64,000 nucleotides of DNA from an uncultured Gammaproteobacteria bacterium (GTDB lineage: Bacteria; Patescibacteriota; Microgenomatia; Levybacterales; GWA1-39-11): the NCBI GenBank assembly GCA_964627245.1, contig CAZVGS010000003.1, forward strand, positions 47,551 through 111,550, written 5' to 3'. The position numbers were made by a program, and so were the translations under genes. Position 1 is the first letter of the stretch. Every line of letters begins with the position of its first letter. The notes under the pieces are model-generated. The model was not told the origin of the DNA. It made no database searches and saw only the letters and a program-made list of their open reading frames with translations. This document shows, piece by piece, positions 1 through 9,452 of the stretch.

Positions 1-107
1 GTCTTCTCATCTGAAGTTTTGGTTGTGTAATTTTGTCCGGAAATTACAAAGTAAACGGCGATAATAGTCAATACAATTATTGGTAAAATGATTTTAATAC
101 GTTTCAT
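1..107 (-). CDS. partial CDS (N-terminal 35 aa, runs off window); membrane protein fragment MKRIKIILPIIVLTIIAVYFVISG...
   Basis: ATG (cat on the plus strand) at 105-107, followed by a hydrophobic N-terminus when read on the minus strand. The fragment is truncated by the window edge. Confidence 0.3.
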   Translation of the reverse strand, partial: MKRIKIILPIIVLTIIAVYFVISGQNYTTKTSDEK

Positions 108-209
108 CAAGCTGAGTATAGCCGAAAAAGAATGAACAAAACAAGAGTTTGTGTGGTCACCTATTTGACCAACACTTCAAGAAGTGCCACTATCCAAATT
201 AAAGACTTA

Positions 210-1223
210 TCAAGGGAGGATTTTTTTAAGCGGGGTTTTTTGAAAAAGAAATACAACAAAGAATGTAATTAGAAAATATATAAGTCCCATAGAAATTCCA
301 GTGAGGCTTGGATGCAGTTGAGAAATTCCGTTTTTGAAGGTTGTTAAGTAAGGATCCAGGAATTGTCCTATCGGCTGATGAATAATATAAATTCCAAGAC
401 TAGCAAGGCTCATTTTTGTGACTAGACTGGTCAGCTTTGCATTAATTTTTTTTCGTTTTATAAATAGTTTGTAGATTATCAAAAAGAGAGAAACAGACAA
501 TAATGCAACATTTGGTGAAAGATATGAAAATATCAATTCATACGGTTTACCCAAGATAATTTCAAGAAAAGTTAGGGATATCCCAAATGAAAAAAGTGTA
601 AAAAGTAACGGCATCGAGAACCTTTTTTTATAATCATTGATTAAAATATATCCAAGTAGAAAATATCCGCTGAAAAGAACAGCCTGGATTAAAATTCCAT
701 TTTGATCAACAGGAAAAGCAAGGCTATTGTGAAGGAATGGAAAAATTGAAGCAAATGCGACGAACAGTGTGGTCAAATAAACTCTATCGATTTTGCTGCT
801 TTTTTGAATAAATACCCTCCAAACTGGAGTTAAAAGATAAATACTTACAATAAGAGGCAAAAACCACAATTTTGTAAGAAGAGTTAATTCAAAATAATAT
901 TTCCATTCGGAAAGAGTTGTGCCTTCAAAGTCTCCCAGATAGTATCCCATGCCCATAAATATAAAAGTCCATGCTATCCAGGGAAAGACCACTTTTAAGA
1001 CTCTTTTCTTGAAAAACAGAGCATATGGCTCTTTCTTTCCGAGAAGAAGAGCACCGCTTAGCATTACAAAAAGCGGTATTGAAGTTTTGGCAAGCGCAAA
1101 AATAACATAAGAAATGACGCCTGAAAAATTCAGTCCCTGCGGAAGGGCTGAATTATGAATTACAACGACAAAATAAATCGCTATAACTCTTAGAATATCC
1201 GCCCAAAAAAAACGCTCTTTCAT
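210..1223 (-). CDS. acyltransferase family 3 (OafA/YrhL-like) integral membrane acyltransferase
   Basis: 337 aa with about 10 TM helices. The N-terminus ADILRVIAIYFVVVIHN matches the Acyl_transf_3 signature R-x-x-L-D-x-L-R-G-hydrophobic-x-H. Confidence 0.7.
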   Translation of the reverse strand: MKERFFWADILRVIAIYFVVVIHNSALPQGLNFSGVISYVIFALAKTSIPLFVMLSGALLLGKKEPYALFFKKRVLKVVFPWIAWTFIFMGMGYYLGDFEGTTLSEWKYYFELTLLTKLWFLPLIVSIYLLTPVWRVFIQKSSKIDRVYLTTLFVAFASIFPFLHNSLAFPVDQNGILIQAVLFSGYFLLGYILINDYKKRFSMPLLFTLFSFGISLTFLEIILGKPYELIFSYLSPNVALLSVSLFLIIYKLFIKRKKINAKLTSLVTKMSLASLGIYIIHQPIGQFLDPYLTTFKNGISQLHPSLTGISMGLIYFLITFFVVFLFQKTPLKKILP

Positions 1224-1351
1224 TTATGTCATTTTATCCTACCCGGCAAAAGAGTCAAATGATTTTGGGGGTTTGATAAGGTTTTTGTAAGGCAAATTTG
1301 ACTCTCGGTGAACTTGACAGCAGGCAAAAATTTTTATAGCGTTATAAATAT

Positions 1352-1723
1352 ATGGTCCGTGAAATAAAGGGTAGGAATTTATTAGATAAGGTAAAATCCT
1401 CTTCAAAGACACCCTTTTTTATGCCTGTTCTTTTTCTCCTTTTTTTAGTTGTAACAATTCCGGTCATTACTTTTATTACTTCAAGACCTATAGATATTCG
1501 TCAAAGGGCTGCAACTTTTCGTGAAATGGCTATGAATAATGCTCAATCCAGCACGGGAGCCTTCACATCGGTTGATCTCGAAAAGAACGGATTTAAAAAT
1601 TTAGATTTAATCAGCTTTTTAGGCTTTGGGAATTTAGTATTGTTGGTTTCTGTTTCAACTCTCGTGATAACAGTATTAGTTCTGGGGCGCGTTTTTTATT
1701 GGAAGAGTAAGCATTCAAGATAG
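1352..1723 (+). CDS. hypothetical small membrane protein (two TM segments)
   Basis: 123-aa ORF with hydrophobic stretches FFMPVLFLLFLVVTIPVITFI and LVLLVSVSTLVITVLVL. No recognisable domain. Confidence 0.4.
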   Translation: MVREIKGRNLLDKVKSSSKTPFFMPVLFLLFLVVTIPVITFITSRPIDIRQRAATFREMAMNNAQSSTGAFTSVDLEKNGFKNLDLISFLGFGNLVLLVSVSTLVITVLVLGRVFYWKSKHSR

Positions 1724-1835
1724 GCAAATCTTCATAGAAAATTATTTTTTGCTTTGTCTTTAAGAACTAAGAGTTGTATATGATAACCTTATACAATAAT
1801 TCAAAAAGATTTTGAATGAGTTTTGTTATTGAATA

Positions 1836-2729
1836 ATGAATAATAATACATTTGATAGTCTAAAAAAAAGGATTGAGGCTAGGCATAGCGAAGTAAAAAG
1901 AAATCTTATAGACAAGCACTGGGATGCGTTTTCTTGGGCATCAAATAATACAAAACAAATCGCCGCAGGTGCTCTTGGCAGTCTATTGCTCCTAACAACG
2001 CCGGGCAGTCAACCAGTCCTTGCACAAAATAATGTTGATAACAATAGGTTTGTGGATGTTCCGGACAATCTATTTATGGTTTCGGATATTAATAATTATC
2101 TTCCAGATGAGGTGGGCGTACTACTTCCTGCACAGGAAAATAAAATTGCGCAAGTCTTGTCAGGATACTATGGTTTTTCGGTTAAGGCTGAGATGGATGG
2201 CAAACGATTAAAGCATACATATGGATATATTGGCGCAGAACAGCATCTGATGCGGTATCCGGGAGACACTATGGAAGGTCATTTTGACAATCCAGAGGAT
2301 GAAGCAAAATATTATTCGTCCGGCATGGCGCCTGGAAGAGGTGGATTTGGATATTTCGCGCATTCTAAAAATGAATTGACGCAGCAAGATATTGATCGGG
2401 AAAAGTACTATATCGCAGTCCAAACTTTCCTGGTTGATGATTACTCATCACGAACAAGAGAATATGTTGTTTTTTTTAAGTATAGAAAAATGCTTGTTGT
2501 AAATCCCAACACCGGAAGGGCGGTTGTTGCCGTAATAGGAGATGCGGGTCCTGCTGTGTGGACAAAAAAACATTTGGGAGGATCACCTGAAGTAATGAAG
2601 CATTTAGAGAGAGTGGATGGGAAGGCACGAGGTGCTGTGCTATACTTTTTTATTGAGGATCCGGAAGATAAAATACCTTTGGGCCCAATCGATCCTATAG
2701 ATGCCAAAGAATTGGCTAGTACAAACTAG
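1836..2729 (+). CDS. secreted protein with C-terminal RlpA-like double-psi beta-barrel (putative peptidoglycan-binding or lytic transglycosylase-like)
   Basis: Signal-like segment IAAGALGSLLLLTTPGSQPVLA. The C-terminal AVVAVIGDAGPAVWTKKHLGGSPEVMKHL resembles the RlpA/DPBB motif (V-x-V-x-DrGP...DLS). Confidence 0.5.
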   Translation: MNNNTFDSLKKRIEARHSEVKRNLIDKHWDAFSWASNNTKQIAAGALGSLLLLTTPGSQPVLAQNNVDNNRFVDVPDNLFMVSDINNYLPDEVGVLLPAQENKIAQVLSGYYGFSVKAEMDGKRLKHTYGYIGAEQHLMRYPGDTMEGHFDNPEDEAKYYSSGMAPGRGGFGYFAHSKNELTQQDIDREKYYIAVQTFLVDDYSSRTREYVVFFKYRKMLVVNPNTGRAVVAVIGDAGPAVWTKKHLGGSPEVMKHLERVDGKARGAVLYFFIEDPEDKIPLGPIDPIDAKELASTN

Positions 2730-2731
2730 AT

Positions 2732-3052
2732 ATGGCAAAACATTTTTTTAGTCATTTAATAGAAGTTGATACATTGCACCTGGCGCTTGATGGTCATCAG
2801 CTGGAAGATGATCAGAAGGAAGAACTAAAAAGACTTTTAGATGAGAGTATATATCACACAGTTTTAGAAACCATACTCTCAGAGTTGTCAGAAGATGATA
2901 AGAAGATTTTTTTGTCTCACCTGATGGAGGATGAGCACGGTAAAATCTGGGAATTTGTCAATAGCAAGGTCGAAAATATTGAGGAAAAAATCGTAAAAGC
3001 CTCGGAGGATATAAAGCAAAAACTCCACTCCGATATAAAAATAAATAAATGA
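2732..3052 (+). CDS. hypothetical acidic protein
   Basis: 106 aa, Glu/Asp-rich. Start is 3 nt after the upstream stop, and its TGA stop overlaps the UDG start codon (ATGA), so it is translationally coupled in a three-gene operon. Confidence 0.45.
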   Translation: MAKHFFSHLIEVDTLHLALDGHQLEDDQKEELKRLLDESIYHTVLETILSELSEDDKKIFLSHLMEDEHGKIWEFVNSKVENIEEKIVKASEDIKQKLHSDIKINK

Positions 3053-3597
3053 GTAAGGCTGACAAACTCCGGGATATTGCCCAAGAAATTGAGGAATGCA
3101 TTGAGTGCAGGATTGGTAAAAGCGGTAAGGCTGTTGCGGGTGAAGGAAATCCAAATGCCGATATAATGTTTGTCGGAGAGGCGCCGGGCAGGACAGAAGC
3201 AGTAACGGGCAGACCGTTTGTTGGAAGGTCAGGCAAGCTTCTAAGAGAACTGATCAATGAAGCAGGTCTTTTTGAAGAACAGGTTTATATAACAAGTCCT
3301 GTAAAATATTTGCCTGATTATCTTACTCCAAAGCCTTCAGACATTGAGCACGGGCTGACTCACTTTGAAAAACAGATCAAAGTAATTGACCCGAAATTTA
3401 TTGTTTTATTAGGACGTGTTGCATGTTTGGCTGTATTAAAGAAGAAAATCTCAGTTGTTTTGGAGCATGGGTCAATAGTAAAAGATAACAACAGGGATTA
3501 TTTTATTACCGTTCATCCGGCAGCTGCTTTGAGGTTTAAGAAGATGAAAGTCTTTCTTGAAGAGGATTTTAAGATTTTGAGAGAGCTTATTTCTTAG
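3049..3597 (+). CDS. udg: uracil-DNA glycosylase family 4 (phage SPO1 DNA polymerase-related type)
   Basis: Motifs GEGNPNADIMFVGEAPG (GEAPG family-4 signature), Fe-S cysteines CIEC, and the downstream HPAAALR motif. Confidence 0.85.
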   Translation: MSKADKLRDIAQEIEECIECRIGKSGKAVAGEGNPNADIMFVGEAPGRTEAVTGRPFVGRSGKLLRELINEAGLFEEQVYITSPVKYLPDYLTPKPSDIEHGLTHFEKQIKVIDPKFIVLLGRVACLAVLKKKISVVLEHGSIVKDNNRDYFITVHPAAALRFKKMKVFLEEDFKILRELIS

Positions 3598-4075
3598 ACT
3601 TATTATCACTTCTTACAAATCTCCAGTACCCCAAAAATATTGCAACTATAAGCGAAATTGAAACTACAATGAAGCGGAACATCTCATCTCCCGCGCTAAA
3701 CCCTTTGACAACTGCGTAAATAAGAGTAATAACTCCGCCAAGCATAAGTCCATCTGACAAGTACATGATCCTACTCAGCAATGTAATGCTTATAATAAGT
3801 ATAAAAAGAGAAGCAGCGATAACAATTGCTGAAACATTCTTGTTGTAGGTTTCTATAGCCTTTTGAAAATCTCTTGACTCCTGTTCGTAATCAGCGCGTT
3901 TCTGGATCATTTCTGCTGATTCACTTACTTCACCATTAGGTGTCATTGTCACAGGTTTTGTTTCAATAGGATACTCCGGATACTTCGGAGCTTTGTAAAA
4001 TGCGGCAATGCCTACACCGACAAAGGTTACTATCAAAACCGCTAAGAATATCGAATACAAATATTTTAAGAGCAT
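3587..4075 (-). CDS. hypothetical membrane protein
   Basis: 162 aa with an N-terminal TM segment (LAVLIVTFVGVGIAAF) and further TM helices. No domain recognised. Confidence 0.45.
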   Translation of the reverse strand: MLLKYLYSIFLAVLIVTFVGVGIAAFYKAPKYPEYPIETKPVTMTPNGEVSESAEMIQKRADYEQESRDFQKAIETYNKNVSAIVIAASLFILIISITLLSRIMYLSDGLMLGGVITLIYAVVKGFSAGDEMFRFIVVSISLIVAIFLGYWRFVRSDNKSKK

Positions 4076-4407
4076 TAGTGATCTTTATTATACCTCTTTT
4101 CAATTTTTATAAGTTTGTCATTTAGCGCCCTTTCAATATCGACCTTAGCGACAGCGGCTAATTGCATTGTAGTTATTATCACATCAGCAAACTCTTCATA
4201 AAAATTTCTCTTGTCAAATTTTTCCAATTTGGATTTCCTCTGTAACTTCAGTACGGATAGTATGTCGTTGCATAACTCTCCAACTTCTTCATTAAGCTTT
4301 ATAGTTTTGGTTAAAATCTCTTTTTCTTCCTGGGAATAGAGTTTGTAATGAGGTTTTGCTACGGCATTCAACTTATTTATTCTTTGCTGAAGTTTTTTAA
4401 TGTCCAT
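4075..4407 (-). CDS. MazG-like nucleotide pyrophosphohydrolase (short single-domain form)
   Basis: The ORF track gives 4075..4596, but the MazG-like region starts at the internal Met (MDIKKLQQRINKLN...), ATG at 4405-4407. Motifs EEVGELCNDI and FADVIITTMQLA are typical of the MazG EExxE/D family. Confidence 0.7.
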   Translation of the reverse strand: MDIKKLQQRINKLNAVAKPHYKLYSQEEKEILTKTIKLNEEVGELCNDILSVLKLQRKSKLEKFDKRNFYEEFADVIITTMQLAAVAKVDIERALNDKLIKIEKRYNKDH

Positions 4408-4445
4408 CTTTATAGTATACACCGTGCTGTATAATTTAATCTGAT

Positions 4446-4820
4446 ATGGGAAGAAGGAAAAAAGTTGAAGAGGAGAGAGTTGAAGATGAGGTTGTGATGC
4501 GGTGGAGCAAAAACAAAATCGCAATCGCAACCGTAGTCGTTGTTTTGATAATCTTTGGAGGACTTTATGCAATTTCACTAATGAGCCAAAACCCAAAGGT
4601 TTTGGGTGAGAAATCAGTTGACAAGCCCAAAATTAAGTTACCTGATGAAAATGATGTGGAGGAAATTTTGGAAAACGCGCAAGACGAGTTATCAAACATT
4701 AATGCGAAAGATATTTTGCAGTCCCAGCCGAAAATAAAAAAAATAATTGACGATTTGACTTCTTTAACAGGTTCTTCAGTCAGCGCAAAATCACTTATAT
4801 GCGACTCTTTGTGCAAATAG
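4446..4820 (+). CDS. hypothetical membrane-anchored protein
   Basis: 124 aa with an N-terminal K/E-rich stretch followed by the TM segment IAIATVVVVLIIFGGLYAI. No domain recognised. Confidence 0.4.
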   Translation: MGRRKKVEEERVEDEVVMRWSKNKIAIATVVVVLIIFGGLYAISLMSQNPKVLGEKSVDKPKIKLPDENDVEEILENAQDELSNINAKDILQSQPKIKKIIDDLTSLTGSSVSAKSLICDSLCK

Positions 4821-4847
4821 CCTCTGTTATTAAGTTATAATAAGTTC

Positions 4848-5855
4848 ATGGAAGATTTAAAAAAAAGGGCTGAAATTGTTCTTGAAAAATTGGATATTGA
4901 GAGAAAAAGGATTCGCTTTAAGGAAATCGAAGCAGAATCAGCAAATCCCGACTTCTGGAAAGACACCGAAAAAGCGTCAAAACTGATGCAGGAAATGGGC
5001 AGACTTCAAAAAGAGATCGGAAGTTATGAAAAAATTCAGGAAATATTAAAAAGTGGGGACTATAAATTTCTGGAAGATCCCTTAAGGGAAATCGAGATAA
5101 ACCTTTACCTCTCAGGACCTCTAGACAGTGCAAATGCTATTTTGAGCATTCACGCAGGGCAAGGCGGGGTTGATGCAATGGATTTTGCATCGATGCTCTC
5201 TAGGATGTATCAAAGGTATTTTGAGAGAAAGGGATATAAATTTGAAGTAATAGACCAGTCAAATGGCGAGGAGGCAGGAATAAAATATATTGATTATTTA
5301 GTTGAGGGTGAATTCTCATATGGTTATCTAAAGGGAGAAAACGGAACTCACAGACTGGTTAGGCTTTCCCCATTTAATGCAAATAATTTAAGGCAAACCT
5401 CCTTTGCTCTGGTTGAAGTTTTGCCCCAAACCGATGATGATAATACAGTTAAGCTAAATGATGACGATCTTGAATGGGATTTTTATAGAGCATCATCACA
5501 CGGCGGACAAAACGTTCAGAAAGTGTCAAGTGCCGTCAGAGTTACACACAAAACTTCAGGAATAGTTGTTACGTGTCAAACGGAGCGTTACCAAAATCAA
5601 AATAGGGAGTATGCATTAAAAGTTCTTCGGGCAAGGCTCTTGGCAAAAGCAGAAGAAGAAAGGATTATGGAGGAGAAGAAACTCAAAGGGGATTATAAAC
5701 CTGCGTCTTGGGGGAATCAGATCAGGAATTATGTGCTTCACCCATACAAAATGGTAAAAGACTTAAGAACCAATGTCGAAACTTCCAATACCGAGTCTGT
5801 TTTGGACGGTGATATAGACATATTTATAGAGGCAGAACTCAAAGAACTCGCATAA
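4848..5855 (+). CDS. prfB: peptide chain release factor 2
   Basis: GGQ motif (SSHGGQNVQKV) and the RF2-specific SPF tripeptide (RLSPFNANN). 335 aa as one contiguous ORF with no programmed +1 frameshift site. Confidence 0.9.
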   Translation: MEDLKKRAEIVLEKLDIERKRIRFKEIEAESANPDFWKDTEKASKLMQEMGRLQKEIGSYEKIQEILKSGDYKFLEDPLREIEINLYLSGPLDSANAILSIHAGQGGVDAMDFASMLSRMYQRYFERKGYKFEVIDQSNGEEAGIKYIDYLVEGEFSYGYLKGENGTHRLVRLSPFNANNLRQTSFALVEVLPQTDDDNTVKLNDDDLEWDFYRASSHGGQNVQKVSSAVRVTHKTSGIVVTCQTERYQNQNREYALKVLRARLLAKAEEERIMEEKKLKGDYKPASWGNQIRNYVLHPYKMVKDLRTNVETSNTESVLDGDIDIFIEAELKELA

Positions 5856-5906
5856 TTAAAAAGTCAAAATATGGTTATAGTTTGTGACTGAACCATATCT
5901 CCTTGC

Positions 5907-6428
5907 TTGATTAAAAGGTCAAAATATGGTTATATTAAGAGTTGTATGGAAGAGAAAAATCTGCCAAAAAAGGGTCTAATTCATGAGCTTGAACCTCGTC
6001 AGAAAAAAAGACAAAAAATAGGCAATCCCGTGACAAAATCGGTCATTTTTACAATTTTAATCATGTTGTTTCTTGGGGTTGGAACCGGATATATTGCATC
6101 AACCGTTTCAGATAATTCAGCAAAAGGACCTGTTTCGATCGAAGGCGATCTTGATTCCGGGGACATAAAAAAAGGAGTCTCGGTTGGTGTCGATGATGCT
6201 GAGCATTTTCCCGATACAGCAGAAGGGGCACTAAGAGACGGAGGAATTGATGGAGAAGGAGCTTATCATTTAGAAAGACCCGGAGGTGAATCTCAAAATG
6301 TTTATTTAACCTCTGCTGTAGTTGATCTATCACAATTCATTGGGAAAAAAGTCAAAGTGTGGGGACAAACCCAAACTGCACGAAAAGCAGGGTGGCTAAT
6401 GGATGTTGGAAAAGTGGAGGTAAAATAA
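5907..6428 (+). CDS. hypothetical membrane-anchored or secreted protein
   Basis: 173 aa with TM segment SVIFTILIMLFLGVGTGYIA and a Gly/Asp-rich ectodomain. Confidence 0.4.
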   Translation: MIKRSKYGYIKSCMEEKNLPKKGLIHELEPRQKKRQKIGNPVTKSVIFTILIMLFLGVGTGYIASTVSDNSAKGPVSIEGDLDSGDIKKGVSVGVDDAEHFPDTAEGALRDGGIDGEGAYHLERPGGESQNVYLTSAVVDLSQFIGKKVKVWGQTQTARKAGWLMDVGKVEVK

Positions 6429-6445
6429 GTTTTTCATGATCAATA

Positions 6446-7243
6446 ATGATACATTTTGCGAACGTATCCAAACAATACTACTCTGATCTTGCTCTTGATG
6501 GGCTAACTTTTACTATTGATAAAGGGGATTTCGTGTTTTTAGTCGGCCCGACAGGCAGCGGAAAAACAACAATATTTAGGTTAATAATTAGAGATCTTCT
6601 TCCAACAGATGGTAAAATCACAATAGGAGAAATTGACCTCAAAAAGCTTCCGGGTAAGAAAGTTAGGCAGCTACGAAGAAATGTGGGGGTAATTTTTCAA
6701 GACCTCAAGTTGCTGCAGGATAGAACCGTTGGTGAAAACGTAATGCTGCCACTACAATTTTCGGGGGTAAAAGAAAAAGATGCGATGGAGCGTGCGCATG
6801 AAGTATTGGAAAGTGTTGGGCTTAAAGATGCTTTTAACAAATTCCCGCTACAGCTTTCAGGTGGAGAACGTCAAAGGGTAGCCATTGCCCGCGCTTTAGT
6901 TTTTGACCCTGAAGTGATTTTAGCCGATGAACCTACCGGGAATTTAGACCTTGTTACGAGTATGCAAATACTTGGTCTTTTAGATGAAATAAATAAAAAA
7001 GGTACAACTATATTTATGGCTACACACAATGATAGGATAATAGACACAACACAAAAGAGGGTATTGGTGCTGGATAAAGGAAAACTTAAAGAAGATAGAA
7101 AGAAAAAGGGTGAAGCCATTTCTCGCAAAAATGAGTACCATAGTCAGAGTGCCTCTCATTCCATAAAACCAAAGGAGGAAGAAAGGAAAGAAGAGAAAAA
7201 GCCTAGCAAAGACACTATCAAGCTAGAAGATCTAAAACAGTAA
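6446..7243 (+). CDS. ftsE: cell division ATP-binding protein FtsE with a Lys/Glu-rich C-terminal tail
   Basis: Walker A GPTGSGKTT, ABC signature LSGGERQRVAIARAL, Walker B ILADEPTGNLD. Directly followed by ftsX. About 40 extra low-complexity residues (KEDRKKKGE...EEERKEEKK) at the C-terminus. Confidence 0.9.
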   Translation: MIHFANVSKQYYSDLALDGLTFTIDKGDFVFLVGPTGSGKTTIFRLIIRDLLPTDGKITIGEIDLKKLPGKKVRQLRRNVGVIFQDLKLLQDRTVGENVMLPLQFSGVKEKDAMERAHEVLESVGLKDAFNKFPLQLSGGERQRVAIARALVFDPEVILADEPTGNLDLVTSMQILGLLDEINKKGTTIFMATHNDRIIDTTQKRVLVLDKGKLKEDRKKKGEAISRKNEYHSQSASHSIKPKEEERKEEKKPSKDTIKLEDLKQ

Positions 7244-7254
7244 GAAAAATAGAT

Positions 7255-8121
7255 ATGCACGTACAAACAGTAGCAAAATACATAAGACGCTCTCCATATC
7301 AGTCGGTTGCTGCAATTCTAATAATGGCTTTGACTTTTCTGACAATTTCAGTTTTTGCAATATTAACAATTATTTCAGTACGTGTTATTAACTATTTTGA
7401 AACAAGACCTCAGCTTTCAGTTTTTTTTAAGCAAGAGGCGTCAAGTGGTGAAATTAATGCCTTGAGGGATCAAATCAAAAAAACAGGAATGGCAAAAACT
7501 ATTAAATATGTTTCGAAAGAGGAAGCTCTCTCAATTTACAAACAGCAAAATCAAGGAGACCCATTGCTTCTAGATCTAGTAACGGCGGACATTTTACCTG
7601 CCTCGCTCGACGTTCAGGCAAATGAAGCTACTCAGCTTGATGACCTGGCGCGGCTTGCCAAGAGCTCGAAGGCGGTTGACGAAGTAGTCTTTCAGAAAGA
7701 TATTGTTGATACTTTGATACGTTTTACAAATGGACTCCGGCAGATAGGTATGGTTATAATCGGTGTTTTGTTGCTTGTTAGTATCTTTGTAATACTGACA
7801 ATAATAGGAATAAAAATAACAGTTAGAAAAGATGAGATCGAGATAATGAAGCTTATAGGTGCATCCAATTGGTTTATACGCACCCCATTTTTACTTGAGG
7901 GTATTTTCTATGGTGCTTTGGGGGCACTAATTGGTTGGGGTATATCTTTTGGAGTACTCCAATTTTATGCATCACCGCATATCAATTCTTTTTTCGGATC
8001 GGTTCCAGTTCTTCCCATTGAGCCGATTTTAATTTTTCAAGTCCTTGGCATACTATTTGTTGCCGCGGTAATTCTTGGTGCTTTTTCGAGCTTTTTGGCA
8101 GTTCTTCGTTACTTGAAGTAG
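7255..8121 (+). CDS. ftsX: cell division permease FtsX
   Basis: 288 aa with FtsX topology: one TM helix, a large extracytoplasmic loop, then three TM helices. Downstream of ftsE with 11-nt spacing. Confidence 0.85.
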   Translation: MHVQTVAKYIRRSPYQSVAAILIMALTFLTISVFAILTIISVRVINYFETRPQLSVFFKQEASSGEINALRDQIKKTGMAKTIKYVSKEEALSIYKQQNQGDPLLLDLVTADILPASLDVQANEATQLDDLARLAKSSKAVDEVVFQKDIVDTLIRFTNGLRQIGMVIIGVLLLVSIFVILTIIGIKITVRKDEIEIMKLIGASNWFIRTPFLLEGIFYGALGALIGWGISFGVLQFYASPHINSFFGSVPVLPIEPILIFQVLGILFVAAVILGAFSSFLAVLRYLK

Positions 8122-8123
8122 TC

Positions 8124-9404
8124 ATGCTGTATACTTTTTCTTCAACAAAAACATCTGCACTCGTTACCGTTTTTGCATTATTTTTTTTATTGTCGGTAAA
8201 AGTTTTTGCGCAAGATCCGACTCCAACTCCTACAACCGCACCTACCTCAGTTAATTCAAATAGTAATATATCTGATTGTTCTAGCAATAATATTAGTGTC
8301 GCTGATTGTCCTTCCTATCTTCAGAAAAAATTATCAGAATTGCAAGGACAGGATAAGACCTTATCATCGCAAATCGCAATTGCTGATAATCAGATAAAAC
8401 TTACAGAAGCAAAGATTGCAAAAACCGAAGATGAAATAGATGCACTAACAGATGACATTGATATAACCAAGACAAAAATTTCAAGTTCTGAAGGAACCCT
8501 GGAACAAACTTCATTTGCATTTATAGGAAGAGCCAAGGCGGTGTATCAAGTCGGTTCCGTCAGCCCTTGGCAAGTTTTGTTGACATCAAACACTCTGGAC
8601 AATTTTTTCACCAGACTAAAATATTTAAAAATTGTTCAGCTTTTCGATAAACGAAATATTTATGCGGCTGAGCAAGCAAAGGTTAATTATAAAAATCAAC
8701 AGGATATTTTAGAAGATAAAAAAACCCAACAGGAACAGTTGAGTGTAAAATTGCAAGATTATACAAATCAGTTAAATGAAGATAAAGAGTCTAAAAAGAA
8801 ATTGTTGGCCGAAACTAAGGGAAGTGAAGCAACATACCAAAAGTTATTGGCTGCTGCAAAAGCGCAATTAGAAGGGTTTAGCAACTTTGCAATAACACAA
8901 GGAGGAGCAACATTATTATCGGGTCAAACTTCTTGTGATGATTGGGGATGCTATTACAATCAAAGAGATTCACAATGGGGAAGCCAATCTCTCAATGGAA
9001 CACAATACACTTTAGCAAGCGACGGATGCTTAGTAACTGCAATGGCAATGGTTTATACGCATTATGGAAATAGAGGCGTTAATCCAATAACAATAAACTC
9101 AAATTCTGGTAATTTTGCATCTTATTACCCTGCATATTTGCTCAAGCGAATTTCTGCAGAAGGAAGAACGGCTGAAAGAGTTTGGACAGATATCGACAAT
9201 ACTCTTTCATCGGGAGACCCTGTAGTAGTTGGTATTTCTTATGATGGAGGAGGGATTGCCGATCACTTTGTGGTATTTATTAGTGGATCTGGTGGTAACT
9301 ATACGATGCATGACCCCTTTACCCCAAATGGCAAAGGTATATCTTTTAATGAACGGTATCCGGGAGTAAGAATTGTGGAATACGAAAAAGTAGTTTTCCT
9401 CTAG
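8124..9404 (+). CDS. secreted coiled-coil protein with C-terminal papain-fold (CHAP / NlpC-P60-like) cysteine peptidase domain; PcsB-like FtsEX-associated peptidoglycan hydrolase
   Basis: Signal peptide, PT-rich linker, about 200 aa predicted coiled coil, then a Cys/His domain (SDGCLVTAMAMVY ... GDPVVVGISYDGGGIADHFVVFISGSGGNYTMHDP). Start is 3 nt after the ftsX stop, matching the PcsB/EnvC context. Confidence 0.65.
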   Translation: MLYTFSSTKTSALVTVFALFFLLSVKVFAQDPTPTPTTAPTSVNSNSNISDCSSNNISVADCPSYLQKKLSELQGQDKTLSSQIAIADNQIKLTEAKIAKTEDEIDALTDDIDITKTKISSSEGTLEQTSFAFIGRAKAVYQVGSVSPWQVLLTSNTLDNFFTRLKYLKIVQLFDKRNIYAAEQAKVNYKNQQDILEDKKTQQEQLSVKLQDYTNQLNEDKESKKKLLAETKGSEATYQKLLAAAKAQLEGFSNFAITQGGATLLSGQTSCDDWGCYYNQRDSQWGSQSLNGTQYTLASDGCLVTAMAMVYTHYGNRGVNPITINSNSGNFASYYPAYLLKRISAEGRTAERVWTDIDNTLSSGDPVVVGISYDGGGIADHFVVFISGSGGNYTMHDPFTPNGKGISFNERYPGVRIVEYEKVVFL

Positions 9405-9452
9405 CCCTTGCAACTTTTGCAACTTTCAGCTTAAATCAGATTAAGAATTATC

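Noticed and set aside
2020-2707. ORFs 2020..2211 (+), 2208..2423 (-) and 2441..2707 (-) inside or antisense to the 1836..2729 gene
   Set aside because: They are fully nested within a longer ORF that has a signal peptide and a recognisable DPBB-like motif. Their low-complexity, Cys/Arg-rich translations are typical of antisense frames.
4075-4596. Full 173-aa extent of the minus-strand ORF 4075..4596
   Set aside because: The N-terminal 63 codons (GFGSLVKLHK...RLRLRFCFC) are low-complexity and overlap the divergent gene 4446..4820. The MazG-like domain begins at the internal Met (4407), which has been used as the start.
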